This document shows, in pieces, positions 33,970 through 45,654 of a stretch of DNA of 64,000 nucleotides (positions are counted from its first letter, which is position 1; every line of letters starts with the position of its first letter). A program made the translations under genes and the position numbers. The notes below the pieces were generated by a model. That model was not told the DNA's origin. It saw only the letters and a list, made by a program, of their open reading frames with translations, and ran no database searches. Source of the stretch: Candidatus Latescibacterota bacterium (GTDB taxonomy: Bacteria > Latescibacterota > UBA2968); NCBI GenBank assembly GCA_965198115.1, contig OZ240241.1:2144001-2208000 (forward strand), read 5' to 3'.

Positions 33970-34299
33970 CTAAAGTTCGCACTCCTTCTCGTGACCATCC
34001 TCTTCATTTCGAAAGCGATGACCGAAACGATGGGAGTCCAGGGCTTACTTCTGACGGCCGGCATTGCCGGGCTCGGGGATGCGAGTGCTCTGACCATCTC
34101 CGCAGCCCGTCTGACAGAAACATCCGCCATCGGTATGGAGCAGGCAGTCTGGGCGATCTGGTTGGCCATCGCAGCAAACGCACTCGCCAAGTGGATCCTC
34201 GCCGTCACACGAGGTGGTAAGCCACTTGCTTTCTGGCTCGTCGGCGGATTTCTCACCATGCTCGGCGTAGGCATCGGCCTGACACTTTTACTCATCTGA
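33970..34299 (+). pseudogene. 3' fragment of a DUF4010/MgtC-SapB-like membrane protein
   Basis: LKFALLL..GIAGLGDASALTIS..AIAANALAK; begins at the IS1380 end with no start. Confidence 0.65.
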
Positions 34300-34302
34300 G
34301 CC

Positions 34303-36001
34303 ATGGCCCTCGTTCTCCTCGTCTTGATGCTCGCCGGGGCAATCGTGGGGCGATGTCTCCCCGAGCACGATGGCGCGATGCGCGCTGCCGATCTGCTGCT
34401 CCGGCTATCGATCTTTGCACTCCTTTTCTTTGGCTATATCCGGATCTCTCAACGAGATGAAGTGGGTGAAGGTGCCGTGGTTCCTGGCATGGGGGGCGCG
34501 GTTAGAGTGTGCGGAACCTCTTCGGAATCTGCTCAGGGATGTTTATGTCTCCGACGGTAAGGAAGATCATATCGTTGAATGCGTCGAGTGTGCGGAATCC
34601 GCTGGCTCGGTTCTTGACGATTTGGACGATTCGGTTGAGGCCTTCGGCGATGGCGTTGGTAAGACGCGTGTTCACGAATGCGAGGACGCCGAAGAAGTGC
34701 TGTCGCAGGGTCCTGACGAACTTTCGCAGGGGTTCAAGTCGACTTCTGAGTGCGGACGTCGTCCAGCATTTCAGGAAGCGTTCGGCAGCCCAGGGCGCTT
34801 TGTATTCCCAGAACTGCTCGAACTCGTCCTTGAGTCTCCAGGCTCTATAGATTCGGTAGTTCGCCTTCTCCAGTGCTTTGAGTGTCCGAGTATCCCCTCT
34901 GGAGCGTGTCGCTGAGTGCCGGTAGAGGAGCCATCGGAGGCCCTTCATGGCTTTGCGCTCATCCGGGGCAGCTTTACGCCACTGGTCCTTACGGACCTCG
35001 TCAACGGCGGCATTGAGAGCCTTGACGATGTGAAAGCGATCGAGGACCAGCTTGGCATTCGGACAGTGTTCCTGGATGGCTCCGATGTAAGCTTCGCTCA
35101 TGTCGCAGCAGGCCCACTCGATCTTGGATCTCCGGTAGGGACTGAGAGCCTCTGTGAAGAACCGATCGATCGTTTTACGCGCCCTGCCGCGGCCAACCCA
35201 CACCACGCAGGAGCGGTCCAGATCGTAAACGAGCGTGGCGTACCTGTGACGCTTGGCGTAGGAGATCTCGTCGATCCCGATGGTTTTGAGCCCTCGGATA
35301 CGATGACCTTCACGAAGCCGCGTGATGGATCGGTGAAGGAGATCCGACAGCGTCGAGGCAGAGATGCGCAGTAACTCGGACGCCGCCTTCTGCGTCATGG
35401 TCTGGCAGTAGCGCAGCATGGCATACTCGAAGCGATACGTCACCCGAGAGAACCGCTCCGCCCACGGAATCTCCTCGACCACACGACCGTGGGTAGGACA
35501 CCGAATCTCCCGAGGATGGTAGAGAAGCCAGACCCTCCACCCGCACACCGGAATGTCACGCCACCGACGCGGATGGGGCATTGTGCGGACGATTTTACCT
35601 CGACGGCCGCACTCCGGACAACAACAACCATTCTTATGTGGCTTTACGGCGATGACGAAGCAGCTTCTCCCCTCAAACCACCAGCTGACAACACGGAACC
35701 CCTTGAATCTCAGCAGTTTCGATAGTAATCTGCTCCCGGTCATAGGTCTCACCCCCTTCGCTTTGATTGTCCTACACACACAACCAAGCGTAGGGAACGA
35801 TCTATGACCTTGTCATTCTATAGTTTCACCGTTGAGAAACCCGGATAGAGCCTTTTCTTTCTCGGCATCGATATCGGCGGCAATGACGACGTCTTTGTGA
35901 GTCTGGACACGATCGGGTTCGAAGCCGTCGCCATCGCCGTCGCCGGAATCCTCGGATGCGGCCCGTTCGCGATGCTGCTTCGCAGGTCGATTCGCCTGTG
36001 A
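34303..36001 (+). pseudogene. Small LysO/DUF340-type membrane subunit interrupted by ISL3
   Basis: IFALLFF|LGIDIGGN rejoins across TSD TTTTCTTT; TGATG overlap with next gene. Confidence 0.75.
34432..35852 (-). mobile_element. ISL3 copy 5 (1421 bp, transposase 34502-35779)
   Basis: IRs; TSD TTTTCTTT. Confidence 0.95.
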
Positions 36002-36597
36002 TGACGAGCCTCGCCATCGCGGGCAGCTTCATCATCGGTGTCGTACTCGGGCGGCTCGGCCGCGTCCCCGACGTCCTCGACAATCCCGACCTCAGTGTCT
36101 GGACGCTCTACCTCCTGATCTTCATCGTCGGCGTCATCGTCGGTCTGGACCGCCGTGTGCCCGCTTCTTTGCGCTCGACGGGATGGAAAATCGTGGCCGT
36201 CCCCTGCGCCGCCATAGTGGGAACGGCCTTCGGCGTCCTGCTCCTTGCACCGTTCCTCGCCGCCGCCTTCAACCACGTCCTTGCCGTGGGTTTCGGCCTG
36301 GGTTACTACAGCCTGTCGTCGATCCTGATCGGCCAGATTGTGGATGACCGACTCGCGCTCGTGGCGTTGCTTGCCAACGTGGTTCGCGAGCTCATTACCG
36401 TGACTTGTGCGCCCGTTCTCGTTCGGTTCTTCGGACCCTTCGCCCCCATCCTGGCCGGCGGCGCCACGACGATGGACACCACGCTCCCCGCAATCATCTT
36501 CTCCTCTGGACGCGAGTATGTCCCGATCTCGGTTTTCAACAGTGCCGCCCTTACGCTCGTCGTGCCCGCCCTCGTGATTGGGGCGTTGTCTCTATGA
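36001..36597 (+). CDS. LysO (DUF340) family exporter
   Basis: GLGYYSLSS, LANVVRE, GGATTMDTTLP. Confidence 0.88.
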   Translation: MTSLAIAGSFIIGVVLGRLGRVPDVLDNPDLSVWTLYLLIFIVGVIVGLDRRVPASLRSTGWKIVAVPCAAIVGTAFGVLLLAPFLAAAFNHVLAVGFGLGYYSLSSILIGQIVDDRLALVALLANVVRELITVTCAPVLVRFFGPFAPILAGGATTMDTTLPAIIFSSGREYVPISVFNSAALTLVVPALVIGALSL

Positions 36598-37028
36598 ACG
36601 TGATCCAAGTCAGTTTTCCGGTCGTCCGGAAAACTCGACTCGCTGGGCAGATCAGACACGCGCCCTTGCTCTGACCCGGTCGAATTCGTCGCGCCAAGTT
36701 AATTGTCCGATCGATCGGACAAATGACAACCAAGAGGTTGAATTGTGGCTGCCTGGACACGTAAGGCAACGAGACATGAGAACATGCGGCGATTCCTATG
36801 ACCCCGAGGGGACTGCATGCCGTGGCCCTACAAGCAAAACTCTGACGTGAGGTACGACAGGTAGAACGGTAACTACCGTTGCCCATCTCGACTCTTCAGA
36901 TACTTGTAGATCCGCGGACGATGCGTTCCCAGAAGCTTGGCGGCGGCCGAGAAAAGGCGAATATTTACGTCAGCTTGATTTATGTAAACGCCAGAGGAAG
37001 CTCGGTAAACAACCGTCAGGAGAGTTGA

Positions 37029-37778
37029 ATGCCCCAGGAGGAAAGAAAACTCGAAGGAAAAGTCACCGTCGTCACCGGCGGAGGTCGCGGCATCGGAGCC
37101 GCGATCGCGATCGCCTGTGCAAGGGAGGGAGCCCGTCTTGCCCTAGTTGCCAGAACGGTCGAGCAGCTGAACGACGTCGCCAAAGTCATCGATGAGGTGG
37201 GCGCAGACGTCACGACCATCCCGACGGACGTCACAGACCAGCTCCAGACCGACGCCATGGCTCAATCGGTTCGTGAATACTTCGGTCGAGTCGACATCCT
37301 TTTCAACAACGCCGGCGGTGGAAGTGAACGACGGCCCGTCGCGGAAAGCGAGCCGAACCAGTGGATCTATGACGTCACCCTCAACCTGACCAGCGCCTAT
37401 CTCGTCACCCACGCCCTCCTCCCGCTGATGATCGAATCAGGTGGCGGCAAGATCATTAACACCGGATCGGGGATGGGCCATAGACCAGGCTCGGGAAGCT
37501 CCGCTTATCGCGTCGGCAAGGCGGGTATGTGGATGCTCACTCAGTGTCTGGCCGAGGAGCTCTGGGAGCACGGCATCACCGTCAACGAGCTGATCCCCGG
37601 CCCAGTCGCCACCGCCGCCACCAAAGGCCGGATGGAGGTCGGGGGACCCCCTCCGTTCGCACCGAGCGAATACGTCAAGGGTCCGGAGGACGTCGTGCCC
37701 CTCGCGATGTGGCTCGCCACTCAACCCGACCACGGCCCGACGGCGCAGAGCTTCAGTCTGACACGGAGGCCGATTTAG
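37029..37778 (+). CDS. Short-chain dehydrogenase/reductase
   Basis: TGGGRGIG, NNAG, YRVGK. Confidence 0.92.
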   Translation: MPQEERKLEGKVTVVTGGGRGIGAAIAIACAREGARLALVARTVEQLNDVAKVIDEVGADVTTIPTDVTDQLQTDAMAQSVREYFGRVDILFNNAGGGSERRPVAESEPNQWIYDVTLNLTSAYLVTHALLPLMIESGGGKIINTGSGMGHRPGSGSSAYRVGKAGMWMLTQCLAEELWEHGITVNELIPGPVATAATKGRMEVGGPPPFAPSEYVKGPEDVVPLAMWLATQPDHGPTAQSFSLTRRPI

Positions 37779-37865
37779 ACCTGCCTGCGAAGGGCAGGGG
37801 AGAACGCACGGAAGTCCAAGCCATTCGTCTGCTCCCAACGGTGTCCCCGACACTCGGAGAACGCA

Positions 37866-39143
37866 TTGACCACCCGCAACGTCATCAGCATCGCCAGCTT
37901 CACCTTCGTCTGGTTTCTCGCGTCCTCACCCGTCCACGCCGCCGACAGCTTGCTGCTGAAGAAGGGCGATCGGATCGCGATGGTCGGAGACTCGATCACC
38001 CAGCAGCGGCATTACACCGGGTTCATCGAGTCCTATCTTCTTGCGGCGTATCCACACCTCGACCTTCAGCTCAGGCAGTTCGGACTCGGAGGCGAGCGAG
38101 CGCCTCAGTTCGCAAAACGGATGCATATCGTCCTGATGCCGTGGCATCCGGACGTCGTCACAACGTGCTACGGGATGAACGACGGACGGTATATCGCTTA
38201 CGAGGACCGGATCGGTCAGCTCTACGAGGAAGGCATGACGGCCTCGTCGACGGCATTCTGGGGCTAGACGCAACCGTTCTGGTTGGCTCGCCAGGCGTCG
38301 TCGACACGCATACATGGTACACGCGAAGTCGAAACATCTCGGCCGAGATGTATAACTCCAGCCTCGCGACCCTCAGTGGAATCGGAAAGCGTCTCGCGCA
38401 AGCCAGAGAGTTGCCCTTCGCCGACGTCCACGAGGCAATGATGCGGGCGATGGTGTCGGCCAAAGCGTCCTACGGAGAGATGTATGTCGTCGGGGGGCGC
38501 GACGGCATCCATCCCCAGGCGAACGGCGCGTTCGTGATGGCCTATGTGTTCCTCAGAGGCCTGGGGCTCGACGGGCGCATCGGCCGGAATCGACGTGGAT
38601 TGGGCGAGGTCGACCACCAATGCAACAGAAGGCCATCGCGTGCTGTCCGTGAGGGGCGGGACGATCGAGGTGGAAAGCAGCCGGTATCCATTCTGCCACT
38701 TCGGGGACTCGACCGACATCGAGGGCACGCGAAGCATCCTTCCCCACATTCCGTTTCAGGATGAACTCAATCGGTTCGACCTCGTCGTCGCGGGTTTCCC
38801 ATCGGACGACGCGCGAGTCACGTGGGGCCATAGGTCCATCGTCGTCGACCGACTTAGGCTGGAGCACGGCCTGAATCTAGCCGACGCCTTCCTGGCCAAC
38901 CCTTTCAGCGGCCAATTCGCCGAAGTCCGCGCGCGCGTCGACGAAAAACAGAAGTACGAATCGAACCTGATGCGCTCCATCACCAACTTCAGCGCGATCA
39001 ACCAGCTGTTCGGCGACGGCGAAACGAGGGAAGCTTCCGATGTCATCATCAAGAAGCTGAGAGATCGCCATACGGAGATGCACAACGCAGTCCGGAGCGC
39101 CATCACCCCGCTCGTCCACACCATCCACATCGAGCCGCTGTGA
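37866..39143 (+). pseudogene. Secreted SGNH/GDSL hydrolase, frameshifts at ~38243 and ~38585
   Basis: Signal peptide, GDSIT, GMND and DGIHP spread over three frames. Confidence 0.82.
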
Positions 39144-39277
39144 AGATCGAAATGGACCCGGCTCAACAGCGTACGCGGGGGACAAAGTTCCTCTCCAAGG
39201 GTCTTTAAGTAAAAAGGGCCGGCGCCGCGAAGCGGTCCGAGCCCCAATACTCGATTCTCGATGTTTAATTTTCGATT

Positions 39278-40074
39278 CTAGTGCCCTTCAAGGGCCTTCC
39301 TCATCCCCTCCCCATTCTCCTTCAACCAGCTGATCCAAACGCTCACATCCGTTCCAATACAAAAATGCCGCACTCCCATATCCAGATATTTCTTCGCCTG
39401 ATCAGGTGAGGTGATTTCGCCGCGTGGATGGATACCCATCGCAAGACACGTCTCGATCACCTTCTTCTCCGTGGCAACGACGGCTGGATCGCTGTGCTGC
39501 TGATTCTTCCCGATGCTCAGAGCGTAGTCGCCAGGCCCGAACTGAACCATATCTAGCCCCTTCACCGACAGCATCGCCTCCAGGTTTTCCACCGCGGGAT
39601 CCTTCTCGATCATAATCGCGATCACCGCATCTTCCAGCGCCTGAACGAACGCCTCGGATCCCGACTCGGCACCGAAACGCACGTAGCGACGCATGTTCAC
39701 GCCGTGCTGCCCACCCGTTTCGGGCGTCTCCGCACGAACGGCTCTCACGGCCTCCTCTACGTCCTCCGGCGTCCTGGGATCGGCGAACAGCAGGTTCTGG
39801 ATGCCCGCCCCCATCGCCCGGTTCGCGATGTGACCACGCGGTTCCTGTTCGATCTTGATCATCGAGCTGAAGTTGTCGAACAGGTCGACCGCTCTTCCCA
39901 GATTGTCGAACGTGTGCAAATCGTAGGGCGCGTATTCCGACACATACTCCACGTAATCGAACACCCCAGACTGGCCGACCATCTCGATGATCGACGGCCA
40001 CGGGCTGTGTGAACGTGGGTCCCCAGGCTGGGTTTACCTTCACGGATCAGATTTCTCAGATGATTCGGTCGCAC
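39278..40074 (-). pseudogene. HpcH/HpaI aldolase family, frameshift at ~40010
   Basis: MRPNHLR..LGTHVH then SPWPSIIEMVG (extra CA); IMIEK, FGPGDY. Confidence 0.85.
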
Positions 40075-40261
40075 AGATGTTCTCCTCTCTCGTTCGGTCT
40101 CGTCAACGGAGAACCAAACTACCTCACGACAAGTCCGGGGGCAAAAGAAACGGACCGACGCTCGCTGAGAACGCCGGCCGTTTCTCGTCTACCGTCTGTC
40201 GTCACCGTCTGCCTGCCCGCCATAGCAGGCGTCTCTGCCTGCGAAGGAGGCCCGTCTGTTG

Positions 40262-40582
40262 CTACTCCAGGAACCGACTCATCGGCACCTGGATCCACGC
40301 TCGGCTCAGATAGTCGCTCAGGGTCAACCCCAGAAGGATGAGCAGCCACAGGAACCCCGCAGCGGCGAAAATCCACGTCAGTCGGCTGCTGTACTTCACG
40401 TGCATGAAGAACAGGACGACGAGCAGCCCCTTCGTCACGGCGATCGACATCGCCACCACGTCGTTCAGACCACCCAGATCGATGAATGCCACGTAGACAG
40501 TCACCGCCGTCAGAACCATCAGGGCGAAGAAGATCGCCAGGTATTGGGTCACAGAGCTTATATGATGATCTGCGTGATTCAT
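40262..40582 (-). CDS. ctaF: Cytochrome c oxidase subunit IV
   Basis: LMVLTAVTV, KGLLVVLFFMHVKY, DYLSR. Confidence 0.9.
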   Translation of the reverse strand: MNHADHHISSVTQYLAIFFALMVLTAVTVYVAFIDLGGLNDVVAMSIAVTKGLLVVLFFMHVKYSSRLTWIFAAAGFLWLLILLGLTLSDYLSRAWIQVPMSRFLE

Positions 40583-40608
40583 GAGAGGCTCAAGGGTGGG
40601 AGATTGAA

Positions 40609-40674
<66 letters not shown>

Positions 40675-41334
40675 CTAAGTTCTCCCCAGCAGATACAGCA
40701 GGGGGAACAGGAAGATCCACACGATGTCCACGAAGTGCCAGTAGAGGCCCACCATTTCGACAGGTGCGTAGTACTCGGCGGTGAACCCGCCTCTTGCCGC
40801 CTTCAAGATCAGCCAGATCATCAGACCCGCGCCGATAATCATGTGGAAAGCGTGCATTCCCGTCATGGCAAAGTAGAGCCCGAAGTAAAGCTCCATCTGC
40901 ACTGGATAGGCTCCATCGGGGCCGAACCCGAACACCGTTCCGGGAACGAGGTGTTCGTGAAACTTGTGTGAGTACTCCACCGCCTTGATGCCGAGAAAGA
41001 CGCTGCCCAGGATCAACGTCAGGACCAGGAACAGGATGATCCCGTTCCGCCTCCCCAGCTGTCCCTCGCGAACGGCGAACGCCATGGTCAGGCTGCTGAA
41101 AATGAGCACCGCCGTGTTGATCGCCCCGAGCTTCACGTCGAGGTGGTGGCTGCCCGCCTCCCACGCATCGGGATAATACGTCCGATAGACGAGATAGGCA
41201 CAGAAGAGACCGCCGAAGAACAGAATCTCCGTAATCAGAAACGTCCACATGCCGAGCGTGGCGCACTCTTTCTGCTGCGCCATATCCTCGAACTGATGGG
41301 CGAATCCGATCGGATGCTCCGCGTGGTCAGCCAT
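40675..41334 (-). CDS. ctaE: Cytochrome c oxidase subunit III
   Basis: [26 protein letters not shown]. Confidence 0.93.
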   Translation of the reverse strand: MADHAEHPIGFAHQFEDMAQQKECATLGMWTFLITEILFFGGLFCAYLVYRTYYPDAWEAGSHHLDVKLGAINTAVLIFSSLTMAFAVREGQLGRRNGIILFLVLTLILGSVFLGIKAVEYSHKFHEHLVPGTVFGFGPDGAYPVQMELYFGLYFAMTGMHAFHMIIGAGLMIWLILKAARGGFTAEYYAPVEMVGLYWHFVDIVWIFLFPLLYLLGRT

Positions 41335-42976
41335 GCCCGCCTCCCTCCGGCATGTCACCGTAGCCGTAGGCCTCCTCGGTCACCGTCGGCGTCTCCGCAA
41401 AGTTCAGCGTCGGAGGCAGCGACGTCGTTTCCCATTCGAGGCCCTTCGCTCCCCAGGGATTCGACCCGGCCAGCGGTCCGTAGCGCAGCGACCACAACAG
41501 GTAGATCAAAGGAACGGCGTAGCCCACGGCCAGGATCGACGCTCCCGCCGTCGACAGGACGTTCAACACCTGGAACTCATCCGGGTAGGCGTGGTAGCGA
41601 CGTGGCATGCCCAGGTACCCCAGCAGGAATTGAGGAAAGAACGTCAGGTTGAACCCGACGAACACCAGCAGCGCCGCGAACCGTGCCCATCCCTCCGGAT
41701 ACAGTCTTCCGGTCATCTTCGGCCACCAGTAATGGATCGCTCCCAGGTAACCCATCAGCGTCCCGCCGACCATGATGTAGTGAAAGTGGGCGACGACGAA
41801 GTAGGTGTCGTGTAAGTGAATGTCTGTTGCCAGCGAGGCGAGGAACAGCCCGGTGAGGCCTCCGATCGTGAACAACCCGATGAAGCCTAGGGCGTAGATC
41901 ATCGGCGCCAGATACATCACCGATCCTTTGTAGAGCGTCGCCATCCAGTTGAACACCTTGACCGCCGACGGCACGCCGACGAGGAAGCTCAACACCGAGA
42001 AGATCATACCCGCGTAGACCGATTGGCCGCTCACAAACATGTGATGCCCTCAGACCAGGAATCCGAGGACCGCGATGGCCATGCTCGAGTAGGCGATGAA
42101 CTCGTAGCCGAAAATACGCTTCCGCGAAAACGCCGTGATCAGTTCGCTGATCACGCCCATCGACGGAAGGACCATGATGTAGACAGCGGGATGCGAATAG
42201 AACCAGAAGAGATGTTGGAACAGCACGGGATCTCCGCCCAGCTTCGGGTCGAAAATCCCGATTCCGAACCCGCGTTCCAACGCCACAAGCACGATCGTGA
42301 TCGCCAGGACGGGCGTACCCAGGACCTGAATCAGACTCGTCGCGTAGTGGGCCCACACGAACAGTGGAAGCCGAAACCACGTCATTCCCGGCGCACGCAT
42401 CTTGTGGATTGTGACGATGAAGTTCAACCCCGTCATGATCAAGGAGAACCCGGTGATGAAGATCCCCACTGCCGTCACGATCACGTGGCTGTTGGCGTAG
42501 GTGCTGCTGTAGGGTGTATAGAACGTCCAACCCGTATCCACGCCGCCGACGACGACCGCGTAGAGGGTGATCAGACCGCCGATCGTGTAGACATACCAGC
42601 TCCCGAGGTTCACGCGGGGGAACGCGAGATCCTTCGCGCCGATCATGATCGGGATCAGAAAATTGCCGAACACAGCGGGAATCGACGGGATCAGGAAGAA
42701 GAAAACCATGATGACCCCGTGCATCGTGAACAGCTTGTTGTACGACTCGGCCTGAACCATGTCACCTTCGGGCGTCAGGAGCTCCAGTCGGATGCCGACG
42801 ACGAACAGCCCTCCCAGCACGAAAAACAGCGTAATCGACGCCAGGTAGAGCAGAGCGATTCGCTTGTGGTCGGTCGTCAGCAGCCAGGACCTGATCCCGT
42901 AGCTCACGTTCAGGTAGTGGGTCCGAGGTTGCTCTCCCGGCTCGACGGCCGGTGGTGGGGTAAGCGCGACGCTCAT
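41327..42976 (-). pseudogene. ctaD: Cytochrome c oxidase subunit I (A2 type) with in-frame TGA at 42050-42052
   Basis: TDHKRI, GWTFY, YSHPAVY, V*GHHMF (TGA where W is expected), [11 protein letters not shown]. Confidence 0.93.
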
Positions 42977-43917
42977 CCCCCCGTCCTTTCAGGCGAGAGT
43001 GACTTCATGTAGGCGATCAGTTCGAGGATCCCCTCCTCGTCGATCTGGCTCGCGAACGTCGGCATCAGTGGTTTGTACCCGGTGATCATCTTGGCGTTGG
43101 GATTCACGATCGACTCTCTCAAGTATCCGTCATCACGGACGACCGTCGCGCCGTTCTGGAGTGCGGCGGCCTCGCCGTAGATCCCGTCGAGGGCGGGGCC
43201 ACGATTCCCCGAATCCGCACTATGACAGGTATGACACGCGTATTGTTGGAAAAGCCGTTCTCCCGCTTCTGCCATCGTCTCACCCCGGACGCCGCTCTCC
43301 AGCCACGCCTCGTAGTCGGCCGGTTCAAGCGCGACGACCTTGCCGATCATCCTGCTGTGTTCCGTACCGCAGTATTCAGCACAGAAGAGATGAAACTCGC
43401 CGGTCTTGGTCGCTTCGAACCAAACCGACGAATACCGGCCCGGCAGCACATCCATTTTCATCCTGAACGCCGGCACGAAGAAATCGTGGATGACGTCCTC
43501 AGACGTCATCGTCAGTCGAACCGGTTGGTTGACTGGAATGTGCAGCTCGTTGATCTCGCGCCGGCCGGACGGATGCTGCAGCTTCCACATCCACTGTTTA
43601 CCCACGACGAAAACCTCGAGCGCATCGGGAGGCGGCGTCAGCAGGTCGAAGTAGAGCTTGGCCGACCACGCGAAAACACCCAGCCCCAGGACGAGAGGGA
43701 TGATCGACCACGTGAGCTCTAGCCGGAGGTCACCGAGAATCGGTTGAGCGTGCTCGTCTTCCGTCCGTCGTCGGAACTTGATCGCAAAGACGGCGATCAG
43801 AACGAAGATCAGCCCGGAGAAGAAGACACTCAGCCCGACCAGCACGAAAAACAGGCTGTCCACCTGCGCCGCGATCGTCGACGCCTGCTCCGGAAGAAGA
43901 GGAAAGTCTTCTCTCAT
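42973..43917 (-). CDS. ctaC: Cytochrome c oxidase subunit II with fused heme c (caa3 type)
   Basis: [18 protein letters not shown] (CuA), CHTCH. Confidence 0.93.
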   Translation of the reverse strand: MREDFPLLPEQASTIAAQVDSLFFVLVGLSVFFSGLIFVLIAVFAIKFRRRTEDEHAQPILGDLRLELTWSIIPLVLGLGVFAWSAKLYFDLLTPPPDALEVFVVGKQWMWKLQHPSGRREINELHIPVNQPVRLTMTSEDVIHDFFVPAFRMKMDVLPGRYSSVWFEATKTGEFHLFCAEYCGTEHSRMIGKVVALEPADYEAWLESGVRGETMAEAGERLFQQYACHTCHSADSGNRGPALDGIYGEAAALQNGATVVRDDGYLRESIVNPNAKMITGYKPLMPTFASQIDEEGILELIAYMKSLSPERTGG

Positions 43918-43923
43918 GGAACG

Positions 43924-44736
43924 TCAGGCTCCCGCCGCAGGCGCAGCCTGACGTTCGCGCCGAATCATGAAGTAGACCATTCCGACCAGACCGACGACGG
44001 TCAACCCCCCGGCGGCACGCATCACATTCATGATCGCGAGGCCGTACTTCCCCGTCGCCGGGTCGTAGTGGAAGCAAAACAGCAGCACCTGATCGACGAC
44101 CGACCCGATCACCTCATTCGAGGCTTCCACGAGCCCGAGCCGGACTTCTCGCGGTGCGTACTCGATCCCATAGTAATAACGCGACAGCCTTCCGTCGGGC
44201 GTGGCGATCATGATCGCACTCCCGTGGGCGAACTGGTCGACCTCGGGCTGGTACTGGTAGTGAAAACCCACCGCCCACGTCACCGCCTCGATCGCCTCGG
44301 GATCGCCCGTCAAAAATCGCCACCCCGTCTCCGCACCCTCACGGTCATAGCTCTCCAGGTAGGACGCCTTCTTCGCAGCAGCCAGTTCGTGCGTCTCGCC
44401 CGGATCGAAGCTGATCGTCACCACGTTGAATTCGTCGCCCACATTCAGCGACGTCGCTCTCAACGTCGCCAGCAGCCCGTTCAGCACCTGCGTGCAGAGC
44501 ATCGGGCACTCATAGTAGACGAAGCTCAAGATCACGGGCTTTTCCCCAAAGGACTCCCCCAGACGAATCTCTCGCCCGGCTGAGTCCACGAACCTCGTAT
44601 CCAACGGTAGGGTCGCTCCAAGCCTCTGATCGATGCCCACCTCGTCGAGCACGGCGAAGGCCGGGTTGCGGGATTCCTGCGCTTCCAACGACACGGCGAG
44701 CAGCAACCCAAGCACCAGGAGCTTTCCGCCGTTCAT
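43924..44736 (-). CDS. SCO1/SenC family protein
   Basis: YYECPMLC, FAH, C-terminal TM; ATG at 44736. Confidence 0.9.
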   Translation of the reverse strand: MNGGKLLVLGLLLAVSLEAQESRNPAFAVLDEVGIDQRLGATLPLDTRFVDSAGREIRLGESFGEKPVILSFVYYECPMLCTQVLNGLLATLRATSLNVGDEFNVVTISFDPGETHELAAAKKASYLESYDREGAETGWRFLTGDPEAIEAVTWAVGFHYQYQPEVDQFAHGSAIMIATPDGRLSRYYYGIEYAPREVRLGLVEASNEVIGSVVDQVLLFCFHYDPATGKYGLAIMNVMRAAGGLTVVGLVGMVYFMIRRERQAAPAAGA

Positions 44737-45113
44737 CGAGAAGTCCCCTGGCGTTCGGCATAGAGCGAGATCGCCCGGTCGATCGGGATGTGAATGACCC
44801 CGCTTTCCGGGGCGACCCACCCGTAGCTCGTCAGCCGCTCGTGCCACAGCTGCCGCGCCGCGGCCAGCTCTTTCGAGGGATCGACTTGAAGCACGGGCCC
44901 GGGCGGGCGTTCTCGAAACGCCTCCATCGGATTCGGCTCGGCCGCCGACATCGCTTCCTGGCGCTCGAACATCCGGAACGTCAGGCCCATGATCAGTGCC
45001 GCGCCCACAACAAGGAGAATCAAGAGAAGGCCCCAAACGACCAGCGGTTTGGCGCGGGTGTCCTGTGTTTCGTAGGGCGGGCTGGGATCGCCGGTGGTCA
45101 TAGGTGTACTCAA
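44733..45113 (-). CDS. Single-TM ACIII-associated protein (ActG-like)
   Basis: YETQD..TM..PVLQ..LTSYGWV..HIPIDRAI; position after actF. Confidence 0.65.
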   Translation of the reverse strand: MSTPMTTGDPSPPYETQDTRAKPLVVWGLLLILLVVGAALIMGLTFRMFERQEAMSAAEPNPMEAFRERPPGPVLQVDPSKELAAARQLWHERLTSYGWVAPESGVIHIPIDRAISLYAERQGTSR

Positions 45114-45543
45114 TGAGTGGCGGAGGAGAGATACTGATCCATCCGCGGATCGTTCGACGGAAGCAATGGGAAGCTGCGAAGGTGCTTCAGAAAAAGGGCA
45201 ACCCAGATACCACCGATTCCGACGAGGGCTGACGCATCCAGCCAGTGTATGTGGAACGGGACGCTCAAGTGGTCCTCACCGTGGCCCTGTGTCGGCCCGA
45301 TGTACCAGAAGAGATCCACGAATCGCATCAGAAGGACCAGGACGGCGATGGTCGTCATCACGCCCACGTTCGATTTGACCCTGCGAGAAAGGAGTAACGA
45401 GAACGGCAGAGCAAAGTGAAGCACCAGAAGCGCCATCCCAAGGACGCCCCAGGCCCCCTTCCCGCGGACGATGTAGAACGGAATCTCCTCCGGCAGGTTG
45501 CCGGACCAGATGATGAGGTACTGCGAAAAGCACACGTAGGCCA
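45110..45543 (-). pseudogene. actF: 3' fragment of alternative complex III subunit F
   Basis: AYVCFSQYLIIWSGNLPEE, RFVDLFW; 5' part missing. Confidence 0.85.
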
Positions 45544-45654
45544 GACCACACAGCTCATTGGGCTATCGCCCACCTGCACCTGAAGCGGTCACCAAACCGC
45601 TCACCGCAGCCATATCCTAACTCTGGATGTGGACACATAGATGGGGGCAGGTCA
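45543..45654 (+). mobile_element. IS3-family remnant (transposase C-terminus plus right IR)
   Basis: Encodes RPHSSLGYRPPAPEA..*; ends GTGGACACATAGATGGGGGCAGGTCA (..CA terminus). Confidence 0.8.

Noticed and set aside
36975-36988. FNR-like box TTGATTTATGTAAA upstream of the SDR gene
   Set aside because: The second half-site is too degenerate to support
42050-42052. TGA recoded as Trp (code 4) or selenocysteine
   Set aside because: TGA terminates many genes here and the position is a conserved Trp, not Cys; the operon carries other lesions
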